Shown piece by piece: positions 33,587 through 52,640 of a stretch of 64,000 bases of DNA. The notes beneath the pieces are model-generated. The model saw only the letters and a list, made by a program, of their open reading frames with translations. It was not told where the DNA came from and did not search any database. Numbering within the stretch: the stretch's first letter is position 1; each line of letters starts with the position of its first letter. This stretch comes from the human T2T-CHM13v2.0 reference genome, Homo sapiens, in NCBI RefSeq assembly GCF_009914755.1, contig NC_060930.1. One strand, given 5' to 3'. The position numbers and the translations under genes are program-made.

Positions 33587-34183
33587 CGGTAGTTTTGACC
33601 TACCAAGCTAATAATTCCAGACAATACGGTCTTTACAAAAAATAAGGATCCAGGCAAAAAAAAATGTATTAGATAGCTCTTTATGCTCAAACATGCACAA
33701 GTAAACCATTTTTGGTTACATGAGTAAAAAATTTTAGGAATAAACTAGAAATGTGGTAGCTTCACCGAAGGGCACCTGCGTAGATGAAAAGCAGCGTTTC
33801 CAGGAAGTCTGAGGCTTCACTTTTTCCTTGTGAAATTTGTACCTCGCAACACTCTTCACCTCCACTCCCTCCCTGAGTCTCCTGCTGGCTGGCTCTTGGT
33901 TTCTCGATGCCATTCTTATTTCCGGCTACTGATCGTCAAATGCAGTTTTTATTCCCACTTCCCCTCTCCATCCCCGACCCGAGCTGACGTTCGACCAGCA
34001 AACCACAGCCAACGCCCGCAACACAGTTCAGTTAAGAAGGCGCGTGGGAGGTGTGGGGAATGACAGGAGCACTCTGGCCCCAAGGTTTTCGTTTCAGTTT
34101 TTACTGGAGGTTAGGATATACGATGACTTTTGGGGTCCTCTGTTATCCTGTTACTTTTCTTCTCTCTCTCTGTTTCTCTGTGT

Positions 34184-34185
34184 GG

Positions 34186-34233
<48 letters not shown>

Positions 34234-34509
34234 TAGACAATCTCGCTCTGTCGCCCAGACTGGAGTGCAGCGGTGCAATCTCGGCTCACTGGACTTCCCG
34301 GGCTCAAGCGATCCTCCCACCTCAGACTCCCGAGTAGCTGGCACTACAAGCGCAAGTCAGAACCCCTAGCTATTTTTGGAGAGACGAGGGGTGGGTGGGA
34401 GGGTCTCGCTATGTCGGCCAAACTAGTCTCGAACTCCTGGATTCAAGTATTCGTCCGCCTCGGCCTCCCGCAGTGCTGGGATTACAGGAGTGAGCCACCG
34501 CGCCTGGCC
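34184..34509 (-). mobile_element. AluJ-like with a (GTT)~16 microsatellite tail
   Basis: Antisense dimer preceded by (GTT)n at 34185-34232. Confidence 0.9.
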
Positions 34510-35526
34510 AATACTTGTTTATTCTTTAGGCACAGAAAATGAAGAATAAAAATTGAGAACTTTTTTATTTTTAAATTTTCGGTTCAGGGGCTACATAGGC
34601 AGATTTGTTACGTGACTAAATTGCGTGTCGCTGGGTTTTAGTGTATGAATGTTCCCATCACCAAGGTAGTAATCGTAGTACCCGATAATTTTTCAACCCT
34701 CATCCTCCTCCCATCATCCTGCCTCTAGTAGTTCCCAGGGTCTATTGTTCTCACCTTTGTGTCTGTGTGTACTCAATGTTTAGCTCCCTACTTATAAGTG
34801 AGAGAACATGAGGTATTTGGTTTTCTGTTCCGGAGTTAATCCACTTACAATAGTGGCCTCCAGCTGCACCCATGATGCTGCAAAGGACGCGACTTTGTAC
34901 TTTTTCATGGCTGTGTGGTATTCCATGATGTATATGTACCACGTTTTCTTTATTCCACCCTTAGTGGTATGTAGCTTGATTCCATGTCTTTGCTATTGTG
35001 AATAGTGCTGCAACGAAGATACTGATGCATGTGTCTTTTTGGTAGAACGATTTATTTTCCTTTGGGTTTATACTCAGTAGTGGGATTGATGAGTCAAATG
35101 GTAGTTCCAAGTTATTTGGGAAATTTCCAAACTGTTTTGCACAGTAGCTGAATTAATTTACATTCCCACCGACAGTGGGAATGTAAGCATTCCCTTTTCT
35201 CTGCAACCTTGCCATATATCCATTATTTTTGATGTTTTAATAACAGCCATTCTGACTGATGTGAAATGGTATCTCATTGAGGTTTGATTTGTGTTTCTCT
35301 AATTAGTGATGTTGAACATTTTTCATATATTTGTTGGCTGCATGTTTGTCTTCTTTTGAAAAGTGTCTGTTCATGTCTCTTGCCCATTTTCTTTATTGGA
35401 GTTATTTGTTTTTTGCTCATGCAATTATTTAAGTTCCTTATGAATCCTTGGCATTAGAGCTATGTTGGATGCATAATTTGTGAATATTTTCTCCATTCTG
35501 TAGGCTGCCTATTTACTCTGTTGATG

Positions 35527-35843
35527 GTTTTGTTGTTTGTTTGTTTTGTTTTGTTTGTTTCAAGACAGAGTCTCACTCTGTTGCCCAGGCTGGAGTGCAG
35601 TGGTGTGATCTCGGCACACTGCAATTTTGGCCTTCCAGGTTCAAGTGATTCTCATGCCTCGGCCTCCTGAGTAGCTGGGACTACAGGTGTGTGCCACCAT
35701 GCCTGGCTGATTTTTGTATTTTTAGTAGAGATGGGATTTCGCCATATTGGCCAGGCTGGTTTCGAACTCCTAACCTCAAGTAATCCACACACTTCCACCC
35801 CCCAAAGTATTGGGATTACACGTGTGAGCCAGTGAACCGGGCC
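35527..35843 (-). mobile_element. Alu in L1
   Basis: TSD ttgatggttt. Confidence 0.9.
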
Positions 35844-36318
35844 CCTTGATGGTTTCTTTTATTGGGCAGAAGCTCCTTAGTTTAATTACATTCCCCTTAA
35901 CAATTTTGGTTTTTGTTGCAAATGCTTTTGGAGACTTAGTCATAAATTACTTGCCAAGGCTGATGTCCAGAATGGTATTTCATAGGTTTTCTTTTAGGAT
36001 TTTTATAGTTTGAGGTCTTACATTTAAATCTTGAATCCATCTTGAGTTAATTTTTGTATATGGTGAAAGGTATGGGTCCAATTTCAATCTTCTGCACATG
36101 GCTAGCCAGTTATTCCAGCACCATTTATTGAACACAGTCCATTCTTCATTGCTTGTTATTTTGTCAACTTTGTCAAAGATTGGATGGTTATAGTTGTGTG
36201 GCTTTATTTCTGGGTTCTCTATTTTGTTCCATAGGTTTGTATGTCTGTTTTTGTACCAGTACCATGCTGTTTTGGTTACTTGTAGCTTTGCAGTATAGTT
36301 TGAAGGTGAGTAGGGTGA

Positions 36319-36700
<382 letters not shown>

Positions 36701-37102
36701 TAAATTTTAAAATAGTTTTCTCTAATTTCTAATTGGGGAAAACGATGTTGGTAATTTGATAGAAATAGCAGTGAACCTGTAAAGTGCTTTGAGTAGTATG
36801 GCCATTTTAACAATATTGATTCTTCCTATCCATGAGCATGGAATGTTTTTTCATTTGTTTGTGTCACCTCTGATTTCTTTCAGCAGTGTTTTGTAATTCT
36901 TCTTGTAGCGATCTTTCACCTCCTTAGTTAGCTGTATTCCTAGGTATTTTATTCTTTTTGTGGCTATTGTAAATGGGATTGCATTCTTGATTTGGCTCTC
37001 AGCTTGACCTTATTGGTGTATAGAAATGCTATTGATTTTTGTACATTGATTTTGTTTCCTGAAACTTTATCAAGGTAGTTTATCAGTTCTAGAAGCCTTT
37101 AA

Positions 37103-37482
<380 letters not shown>

Positions 37483-38151
37483 TGGATGCTTTTTATTTCT
37501 TTCTCTTGCCTGATTGCTCTGGCTAGGACTTCCAGGACTTTTTTCTTTATTCTGAGGGCAATAGATAGGCTTTACAGCTGTTTATCAAATATAGTTACCC
37601 TCTTAGATTTGTTTTTTATAAAGCATTTAGTAGCACCATGAGAGTGGGGAATACTGTTGGAAAGGGGGATGGAAAAGGAGTTTGGGGGAAAGGCAGAGAG
37701 GTTTTCTAAAAGGTTACATGAGAGATAGTGAAGGGTGATACTGATGTACTATGCTGGCAGCAGAAATGGAAACATTCATTTAGAAACATTCTGGGTTTCT
37801 AAAAAGTGATTGTTGCCACTCTCTTGCATCGTGGAAGATGCTAGTCTGAGTCAAGAGACTATTCTAGCCTCCCAAATAGAGGCTGTCAAGGAAGCAAAGG
37901 TCTGTCAGAAAGGGAGGTTCAGGATCAAGTGTGAATGGTGGATCCCTATTTGTATGCCAAGCTAATGGACAATTTACTTTGATTAAACAAGTTAGTAGAG
38001 GTACTGATTTTACAGATACTCTTACATAATCGTATTGGTCCTCCTGGGCACTAGATCCCATCCCATTCTCAAGGATGACACTCCAGCTGTTGTCCTGATT
38101 ATCATTCCTACATCATCTCCCCCGCCCCCTCACTTCCTGATATTTTACATT

Positions 38152-39000
38152 CAAGGCTAGCTTTATGCATATGCAACCTGTGCAGTTGCACAGGGCTTTG
38201 TGTTCAGAAAGACTAGCTCTTGGTTTAATACTCTGTTGTTGCCATCTTGAGATTCATTATAATATAATTTTTGAATTTGTGTTTTGAACGTGATGTCCAA
38301 TGGGACAATGGAACATTCACATAACAGAGGAGACAGGTCAGGTGGCAGCCTCAATTCCTTGCCACCCTTTTCACATACAGCATTGGCAATGCCCCATGAG
38401 CACAAAATTTGGGGGAACCATGATGCTAAGACTCAAAGCACATATAAACATGTTACCTCTGTGACTAAAAGAAGTGGAGGTGCTGACAGCCCCCAGAGGC
38501 CACAGTTTATGTTCAAACCAAAACTTGCTTAGGGTGCAGAAAGAAGGCAATGGCAGGGTCTAAGAAACAGCCCATCATATCCTTGTTTATTCATGTTACG
38601 TCCCTGCATAAACTAATCACTTACACTGAAAATATTGACAGAGGAGGAAATGGAAAGATAGGGCAACCCATAGTTCTTTTTCCTTTTAGTCTTTCCTTAT
38701 CAGTAAACCAAAGATAGTATTGGTAAAATGTGTGTGAGTTAATTAATGAGTTAGTTTTAGGCAGTGTTTCCACTGTTGGGGTAAGAACAAAATATATAGG
38801 CTTGTATTGAGCTATTAAATGTAAATTGTGGAATGTCAGTGATTCCAAGTATGAATTAAATATCCTTGTATTTGCATTTAAAATTGGCACTGAACAACAA
38901 AGATTAACAGTAAAATTAATAATGTAAAAGTTTAATTTTTACTTAGAATGACATTAAATAGCAAATAAAAGCACCATGATAAATCAAGAGAGAGACTGTG
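38152..39000 (+). mobile_element. hAT-Tip100 DNA transposon relic (MER91/Zaphod-like)
   Basis: caacctgtgcagttgcacagggc...cttggtttaatactctgttgttgccatcttgagattc resembles the MER91 5' end; right boundary uncertain. Confidence 0.55.
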
Positions 39001-39052
39001 GAAAGAAGGAAAACGTTTTTATTTTAGTATATTTAATGGGACTTTCTTCCTG

Positions 39053-40340
<1,288 letters not shown>

Positions 40341-40892
40341 ACCTACTGTTTTTTTTCTGGGGTGGGGTGGGGTGGGGTGGTTTATTCAAGGATTTAGGGG
40401 CAAGTGGTTTAATCCAGAAAACACTGGTGTGGAAAAAACAAAGTGAAAAAGAAAAGAAAAGAAACCAAGGAATACCACTCTGGGCTATTCAAGCTTAATC
40501 CTTCTTAACCCCTCTTAATCCTCAGAGGAGGAACTCTGGGAAACAATGTTGAAAATATGCCTAAAAATGATCAAACTTCAAGGGTAAGGGAGCTGGGATA
40601 GTCATACACCATTTACCAAAAATTGCTTGGGAGCTATTCTAAACCTCCAATTCAGTGGAACATCTGGCCTGCCATGAATGTGGGCAAAGTGTGATCAGCA
40701 GGTGGGGAAAGCTCTCATGCGATAAGATGCAAGTACCGGCAGGTAGAAATCAGCCTGGTGGACATTGACATGGTGAAGGTCAGGGGGATATGGGGGGGGC
40801 TTCTTGGTGGGATGCCAGAGGTAATATGGTGAGGCTCCAACATCTTCAATGTGGAGTTGATCTTTGATCCTTGGTCTTCAAAGTTGGTCAGT

Positions 40893-41217
<325 letters not shown>

Positions 41218-43048
41218 AGTTGGTCAGTGGTCAATACATTTTCCAGGTCATTCCTGGGAGAATAAACAGTTTAAAAAAGGCTCAGATATCTTAGAGAGCC
41301 TGAGATGTTCCTAGAACTGAAACCAGTGTTGTACAAAAGGAACACTGATGTTGAAGAACTACTGCTGGATTAGAAGGAGTTAGGAGTATTAGGAAGCCCT
41401 ACCTGCCATTGGGAATAAAAGTAGAAGATAAGACAATGATCAGGTTCCTTGTAGCTATTTTAGCCATGAAAATAGAAACTTTAGACCAGATACAGCATGC
41501 ATATATAAGATAGTCATGTAACTTTCCATTGAATGTGATGCTCAGTCTATTTACTAATAATAATTAGGCATAAAACTCAACATTAAGAAATGATCTCGCA
41601 TGGTAATTTTCAGGTGCAGCAAGGATTTAAGAGGCTAAGATTTTATGATTCATGCTACAATTTTCTATTTGTCTTAGGGAAGATCTGTCCCCAAAGAAGC
41701 AAATGGTTGGTAGAAGTTATGAGGGAAAAAGGAAAGCAATCTGAATTGTGGGTGCTGTGGCAAGGGAGAAAAGGAGAAAAAGGACAGTCACTATGGCTGC
41801 ATATGGGGCCAAGAGACAGAGCAGGTGAAATGCCTCTTGTGTCTAATAATTATTTTTGCTGTAATCCTAATGACTGAACTTTCCAGGCTTGAAAAACTGC
41901 CATAGTATTTTAAAATCCCAATCTTAGATCTGTGTTCATTCTAATTTTGAGATTTTTACTACTTTTAGCTCAATACATTTAAATGTTCTAGAATTCTACC
42001 ACAAAGAACCAAAGAAACTTTAGACATTTTCCTAAGCTTATCATAATATAAAGTGATATTAGGCTGTACGTAGACCACTGGCAATACTTCACTAAGCTTT
42101 TTCTTGGGATATGTTGATATTAATATATTAAAATATATATGTATATTTAAAAACCTGTTTTCTATGAACACTTTTAGCATACCTCTTAGTGCTCAAGTTC
42201 ACACAATTTTGTTGGATATTTACCTAGAAAGGAATCTGGTCTTCTTAATGAATTCATACTTCTGAATTTCCTGGATGTATCCATCTGGATACATTAGCTT
42301 ATGCTGCAATAATAAGTAATTCCTCTCCCCCACGCCAAATCATACTGGCTTATAACCATAAACTCCTATTTCTGTGTCATAAAAATCTATCATGATTTGG
42401 TTGGTGGTCTCTATTTCACTAATAAACCCTGATTTGTAGATCCTCTACAATCAAAATAATCAATTATTTTGTCAAGGTAAGGTAAAAAGGGACCCGATAG
42501 ATTGCTCACTGACTCTCAAACATCTGGAAGGGACACCTCATTTTCCAGAACAAATGTGTCATATGTCCACATCTATTTCTGAGGAAGTAAGAACTACAAT
42601 CTGCACATGCTACGTTACTAGAAGACTGTGGATCAGAATGACCATATGACCATCACAGAGCACCATAGGGCCACCAATTATTCTGGCTGCTCTCCTTCCT
42701 AAAAGCCAAATACATTTAGCTTTTCCCTATGGGAGACAACACAAAGGTCCATTAGAACATGGGCCAGTTGGAAGTCTAGCATCTCTGAACCATGGTGGTC
42801 CCTCCATTGATGAAGGATTGCAGTAGTTTCTATGTTGATTTTCATAAAAGCAGCTAGGCAAGTTTCCCAAATCTGAAACTTAGTGCAATAAAAAATATTG
42901 TACATAATATGAAAACATCAGAACAAAAGCATTGGAGACAAAATATGGTGAAAACAAACGTATTGTTGTATAATACGTTAGAACATAATTATTATGGGTA
43001 AAAGAACAAACAGCTCTTTTAGTTCCCCTAAATCTTAGAGAATACTTT

Positions 43049-44417
<1,369 letters not shown>

Positions 44418-44610
44418 TAAAGTACAACTTATAAAGTATTTTGTTTACTTTATAAGTCAGGGTTTTGTACAAGTAAAACTTTCAAAGTGTGCATTTAAAA
44501 TTTTTTTTAAAAAAATTGACAGCAGTCTGTAAGTGTTGAGAAGAAAGTGCACATTTTAGCAAGTTCAGGCAAATGTATGCTGGAAGTAACCAACACAAAT
44601 ACAAAGATAA

Positions 44611-45003
<393 letters not shown>

Positions 45004-45018
45004 TAAATGAAATAATTT

Positions 45019-45315
45019 GGGACCAGGCACCGTGGCTCATGCCTGTAATCCCAGCACTTGGGGAGGCCGGGGCGGGTGGATCACTTGAGGTCAGGAGTTG
45101 GAGACCAGCCTGGGGAACAAGGCGAAAACCCGCCTCTACAAAAATTAGCGGGGCGTGGTGGCACGTGCCTGTAGCCTCAGCTACTCGGGAGGCTGAGGTT
45201 GGAGGATAACTTGAACCCGGGAGGCGGAGGTTGCTATGAGCCGAGATCCCACCACTGCACTCTTTAGAGCCTGGGTGACAGAGTTGAGACCCTGTCTAAA
45301 TAATAATAATAATAA
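45019..45315 (+). mobile_element. Alu
   Basis: Dimer with (TAA)n tail. Confidence 0.9.
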
Positions 45316-45341
45316 ATTGAATGTATCCCTTTGTAATTCCC

Positions 45342-45686
<345 letters not shown>

Positions 45687-45717
45687 TAATGCTTTAAGAT
45701 TTATCAATGTGGTGGCC

Positions 45718-46001
<284 letters not shown>

Positions 46002-46556
46002 TTAATTCCTTTTATTGCTGAGCAGTATTCCATTATGTGGATTTACTACAACTTATCCATTCACCAGCTGATAGATACTTGGATGTTTCTAGTTTTTGGC
46101 AGTTATGCATAAAGCTACTATAAATATTCATGTAGTGTTATGGCAAATATATGTATAACTTCATTTTTAAAAACTGACAGTGTTTTTCAAGGTGGACCAG
46201 TTTGTATTCCCACCAGCAATATATAAGAATTTCAGTTATTTCACATCATCATCGGCGCTCGGCACTGTTAATTTCTCACCTTTTTTTTTTTTAACTTCAG
46301 CTATTCTCTTAGGTGTGTAAAGTATCTCATTGTGGCTTTAATTTGCATCTGCCTAATGAATAGTGATGTTACATATCTTATTATGCTTATTGGCCATCAG
46401 TACAGCTTCTTTTGTAAAATATCTGTCCAAATCATTTGTCCATTTAAAAAAAGGTATTGTCTGGTCTTATTATTGAGTTGCAAGAGTATGTTATTGTTCT
46501 GGTTATAAGTCCTGCATCAGGGAAGTGTTTTCCAAGTATCTTTTTCTAAACTGTGA

Positions 46557-46701
46557 CTTTTTTTTTTTTTTTTTTTTTTTGGTAGAGAGGGGATTTCGCT
46601 GTGTTACCCAGGCTGATCTTGAACTCCTGGACTCAAGCAATCTGCCGGCCTCAGCCTTCCAAAGTGCTGGGATTACAGGCTTGAGCTACCATGCCTGGCC
46701 T
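46557..46701 (-). mobile_element. Alu monomer (FLAM-like)
   Basis: TSD tgactt. Confidence 0.85.
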
Positions 46702-48126
46702 GACTTGTCTTTTCTTAACAGTATCTTTTGAAGCGCAGATTTTTTGTTAAACTTTGATGAAATTCAACTTATTTTTTCCTTTATGGTTTATGCTTTTGTG
46801 TCCCATTTAAAATCTTTTTGCTTAACCTAAAGTCACAAAGAGTTCCTTCTACGTTTTCTTCTAGAGGTTTTGTTGTTCTAGTCCTTGCATTTAAGTCTTT
46901 GATTAATTTTGAATTAATGTTTGTACATTGTGTGATATAAGGGTCTAAGTTCACTTATTAGCACATGGATATTCAGGTTTTTTAGCATCATTTTGCAAAG
47001 ATTATCGTTTTCCTGTAGAATTACCTTGGCACCTCTGTCAAAAATCAATTAATCATAATCATGTAAGTTTATCTCTAGACTCTATGTAGCTTTGTTGTAA
47101 GTCTTGAAATCAGGTAGTGTTCTTCCAACTTTGTTCTTCAAAATTGGTTTGGATATTTTGCATCTTTTGACTGTCTGTATACATTTTATACATTTTATAT
47201 TTGGCTTGCCAATTTCTAAAAAAAATCATTGAGATTTTGATAGTCATGGCATTAAATGTATCAGTCAATTTGAAAGATGTGGAATTGATATCTGAAAATT
47301 GTTTAAATTTTCTGTTCTGGAAACAATGCATTGCTTTCATTGCATCTTGGTAAATTTATCTCTAAATGTTTCATATTTTTTATACTATTTCAAATGGTAT
47401 TTTGTATTTCAATTTCTAACTATTTATTGTTAACAAATACAATCTATTAATAAATAGAATTACAATTTATTATATTTGTGTCCTGCAGTTTTGGTAAGCT
47501 TACTCATTAGTTGTAGTAGCTTTGTAGAAGTTTCCTCAGTATTTTCTCGTAGACAATAATGTTACATGCAAATAAAGATAGTCTCACTTTTTCCTTTTAA
47601 TCTGTATTTTTTTCTTTCTCTTGTGTTATTGCACTGGCTAGAATCTCTAGGATAATGCTGAATAGAAGTTGTGAGAGTGGACATCCTTGCTCTGGACCTG
47701 ATGTTAGGGCCAAAACATTTGAGTTTTTCATCACTAAATATATTAGCTGTTGAATTCTTAAATATGTCTTTTATACTTTGCAGAAATTCTAACAAATGTA
47801 TCTGAATTTTGTCAATTGCTTTTTTCTACACCTACTGGAATAATCATATGGCTTTTCCTGTTTAGTCTGATAATAAAGTAATTACACTGATTACATTGAT
47901 TTCAAAATTAAATTCTAAGCTACACTTTTCTTTTCTTCTTTAATTCTTTGAAAGTTACTCTTCCCATTTTTTAGATTAAGGTACAATTCACATACAGTAA
48001 TGTCATCAGTTTTAATGTACATTCTCCTTAGTGTAGCAAATTTTGTCAAATATAGACAGTCGTGTTATCACCATTACAATCAAGATATGGAATAATAATA
48101 TCACTCTACCCCCAAATTTCTGCATG

Positions 48127-48430
48127 TTTCTTCTTCTTTTCCTCCTCCTTCTTCTTCTTCTCCTTCTCCTTCTTCTTCTTCTTTTTTTTTTTTTTTTAAT
48201 AGACAGGGTCATGCTCTGTTACCCAGGCTGGAGTGCAGTTCTTCCATCATAGCTTACTGCAGGCTGGAACTCCTGGGCTCAAGCCATTACAGGCATGACA
48301 CCAGGCCTAGCCTCCCAGGAGGAAAGAAGAAAGAAGTTGTTTCTTCTTCTTCTTTCTTCCTTCTTTCTTTCTCCTCCTCTTCCTCCTCCTCCTCTCCTTC
48401 TCCTTCTTCTTCCTCTTCTTCTTTTTCTAT
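48127..48430. repeat. CT-rich low-complexity tracts around a deleted Alu fragment
   Basis: (CTT/CTC)n runs; Alu piece at 48200-48320. Confidence 0.8.
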
Positions 48431-49857
48431 TTTGTTCTTACTGAATCACTATGTTTCTTTTATACTTAATTTCTCCCCTATCTTCTACCCCAGTAGCAAC
48501 TAAGGATATTTTCTGTCCCTATAGCTTTGCCCTTGCAAGAATTTCATAGGAATAATATAGTATGTAGCATTTTGTATCTGGCTTTGTAAATTCAGCATAA
48601 TGCAGATGAGTTTCATCCCTGTTGTTACGTTTACCAATAGTTTGTTCCTTTTTATTCCATAGGAATATTATAGTGGTCTGTAAGCTTCAAGAGAAGTTAA
48701 AACCATCTAGGTAGGACTCAATTCGCAAGTTGAAAAGGTGCTAAAACAATAGAGAAGCTACAGGGTGAGATTGTAATCAAGTGATGATGATACATTTCCA
48801 AGAATTATTTCAGATAGTTAGATTTAGCCATAAACCCATTTTGAACTTGTGTCTGCAACAAGAGGGAATAAATAGAATGGCCGTTCTGACACCAGATTCT
48901 GTAAGAAGAGGGAGAAGGAAGTCTTCCCTCAAAGTGATACAGAAATCTAGTGCGGAAAGGTACTAATTACTTGTTCTTGTATTCCCAGGAGGCAAATATT
49001 GGGGATTATCAGGGGAAAGAGCATTTCAGGCAAATGAAATTCCAACTTTAACAGCCCTGAGGTGTGATTCTTATGCTAAGATTAGTTTATAGGTAAAGAA
49101 AATAATTGATGAGATTAGCTATTGGAGTTCTTCCTGATCAAAATCAACTCTATAGTACCGTGTCACTGAGAGTCAGGAGGCTCTGGGAGCTCCTGAGCAT
49201 AGCAGTAACTGATGAGAAACATACTGAGCATTTTTTTCTGTATGTTTGCTGCCCCCTGTGAAAATTAGTGAAGCTTTTATTCGAGAAAGCATGTGAACTG
49301 AGATCCTGGGGTTTGGTGGTGAAATGGCAGGGTTGGTCAACTGCTTTCACATCTGGTGTCCAAGGCTCAGTTAGTACACTTCATATGGGCAGAGACCATC
49401 TCATAAGAATCTGCTCATTTCTCTTCTCTGGCTTCTCGTATTTTCCCCGACTAGGTTACATTATTGGAAAGGAATTTACCAGACCATATATTCTTAGTTT
49501 CTCATGGCAATGAATTGAATAACTGAATTAAATATTAGTTATGTTGCTGCAGATATTTCTCATGGGAAACGCTGGAGAGGATCTTTTGAAAAAAAAAAAA
49601 CCGTATTTTTGTCAAGATTACAATTATGGAGAACTTTAACTGTAATAAGTGATGATCTTTTATAAATAAATTCACCAACACTCCTTTCCATAAATTTCAC
49701 AATTTATAATTTCCATATACTTCTAATAATTTTATAAAAAAGAAAAGTCTCTCCAGATGCCTTCCCGTTCTTCCCATTGGTGTTCATTTCTGTTTTAGGC
49801 ACGAGGAAGCTGAATACCATGATAGGTACTTATTAGCAAAGCATGACAGCATACCTT

Positions 49858-50616
<759 letters not shown>

Positions 50617-51308
50617 CCTGTAAATAGAATGCTATATTTCTTTTTTAAATTGTAGGGGGAGAGAGAAGTGTTGTGTTTCATTTACTTGTCCCATTACAAT
50701 TGTGCAATATCATATGAGCCGCTCAATTCCTAAACATATGTACACACACAACGCACTTCTGTTTTGTGTCTCGAACACAAATTACAAATTATACAAATTG
50801 TGTAATTTTCCTTGCCCTTCAGAAAGGAGAATCTCAATGTTTCCGAAATGAACTGGGCAGTAACTTCGCTTCAAGGCGGTAGGTCCCCCCTCTTCAACCC
50901 AGTTGTCTAAAATAACCTTGTCTTTATTATTTACTTCCTATAGAGAGAGGAGGTGCTAAGCGGACAGGACAGCTGGACAACACGCGCAATAAGGGCAATG
51001 GTCCTATCTATTCTAAGGGAGGAGGACATGGAATATTGGTGTGGTTTTGTTTATTTTTTATTTTTTTGGACCTATGTGAAACATTTTTACAGTAAAACCC
51101 ACAAATTTTAAATGTTCAAGAGAATTGTTCATATACTTGTATAGTCAGTATCCCTACTCAGATAAGAACATTTTAGAACATTTTGGAACATTTCTAATAT
51201 CCTAGAAAATTTCCTCACGTTTCCCTATATTTTCAAAATGAACAAGAATACAGGATAGTCAAAAGCAATAGGTAAATCCTAAAGAATCCAAAACGAGGGT
51301 AATGACAT

Positions 51309-51397
51309 CCTTCGATAGCTCAGCTGGTAGAGCGGAGGACTGTAGGGGTTTGAATGTGGTCATCCTTAGGTCGCTGGTTCGAATCCGGCTCGGAGGA
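51309..51397 (+). tRNA. tRNA-Tyr(GTA), 16-nt intron at 51346-51361
   Basis: CCTTCGATAGCTCAGCTGG...CTGTAG/intron/ATCCTTAGG...GGAGGA; TTTTT downstream. Confidence 0.96.
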
Positions 51398-52199
51398 GTT
51401 CCATTTTTAAAAGTGTCTCTTCTGGGCCTGAAATAAGGAAACTTGGAGAACGCAGTGTGCAGCTTGCTTATTCATGAATTTGTAAGACGCTCAGAGAAGG
51501 AAAATAATCCACCCTGAAAATTGCTAACAAGGGTTGCTTCACAGACAGTTGAGTGGGACTCGATTTTCACCAAGTTGAGAAGGGATCATGAGGAATGTGG
51601 GGAACGGGAAGAACACGCTGCCCCAAGGCTTCATTTTTTTTTTTTGTCGGTTCCACGGTCCTTTAGCACCCCCTGTTATATTGATACTTGGTGTGAATAA
51701 ACATTTTATTAATGATAATTTCAAATATATACAAAGTAGAGAAAATAGCTAATAGCTACCATTAGCCACCACACTGGCACAACTTACCGACACTCTTGCA
51801 TCCATCATGCCCCTCCCCTAGCTCCAGATCTTTTAAAGCCACCCCAACACGTGTTCTCATTTCATTAACTGTACTGTGTTTTGAAGATGTCAGTGTTTAT
51901 AATTAAATAGCAGTAGACGGAGTTTATCGCTCTCATCGTACCCCGCTCCTCTTCAAAAAAGGAGCAGTGGACACCTACCTGACAGAAAGTTCTCTTCAAT
52001 AAAGTTAATGAAACAGGCGTGTTTGAATTCGAGAAGTCTATTATTAGACTTTTAGACACTCCATGAAAGAGTGCAGGGCCCTGTTACTTTAGAAATATAC
52101 TTGGGGACTGGCAAAAACTGTCATCTCTGATTTTAATAGTGGACACATTTACTCCCTGCTTCCATTCTCTGGGCTACTCTGCGCTCTTGGAGCGAGATG

Positions 52200-52640
52200 G
52201 GAAATTTTGTCAGGCCGCAGCAAGGACGGATTTATGTTGATAGTCATCAAACTCGCCCCGGGCTGCTTCCAGAAAGCTAACCGGATTACTTGTACGCGGT
52301 TCCCAGCACTGTCCTTTGCAGTCAGCTTGTCGCTGGCGCCGATGGGAAGAACTGAAACGCCTCAAGGGTGGGGACGGCGCCCCCTGCTGGTCGCGCCCTC
52401 GGGCGACGATAAGAGACTGAGGACCCGAGCCCGCGCGGGGAAAACTGCCCTGAGCTTGGCTTAGGGATGGTCCGCAGGCCGCCTGGTGGGAGCAGGACCG
52501 CCGTGGCCCGGTCCGTTCTGCGGTTGCGTAGGTCATAGAAGGAAAAGTGGTTTGTGATCTGATAGGGAATCTGAGGACAGACCCAGGGAGAGCAGAAATA
52601 AGCGCGCCGCCGGGGGGTCGCCAGAATTGGAGGCTTGTGC
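52200..52640. promoter_or_regulatory. CpG-rich block upstream of ABT1
   Basis: High CpG density, non-repetitive. Confidence 0.65.
52376..52392 (-). promoter_or_regulatory. Consensus CTCF motif
   Basis: Minus strand GACCAGCAGGGGGCGCC. Confidence 0.7.

Noticed and set aside
34044-34369. PolyQ, polyV, polyC and polyL ORFs (also at 45181-45496 and 59769-60158)
   Set aside because: Come from (GTT/CAA)n Alu tails.
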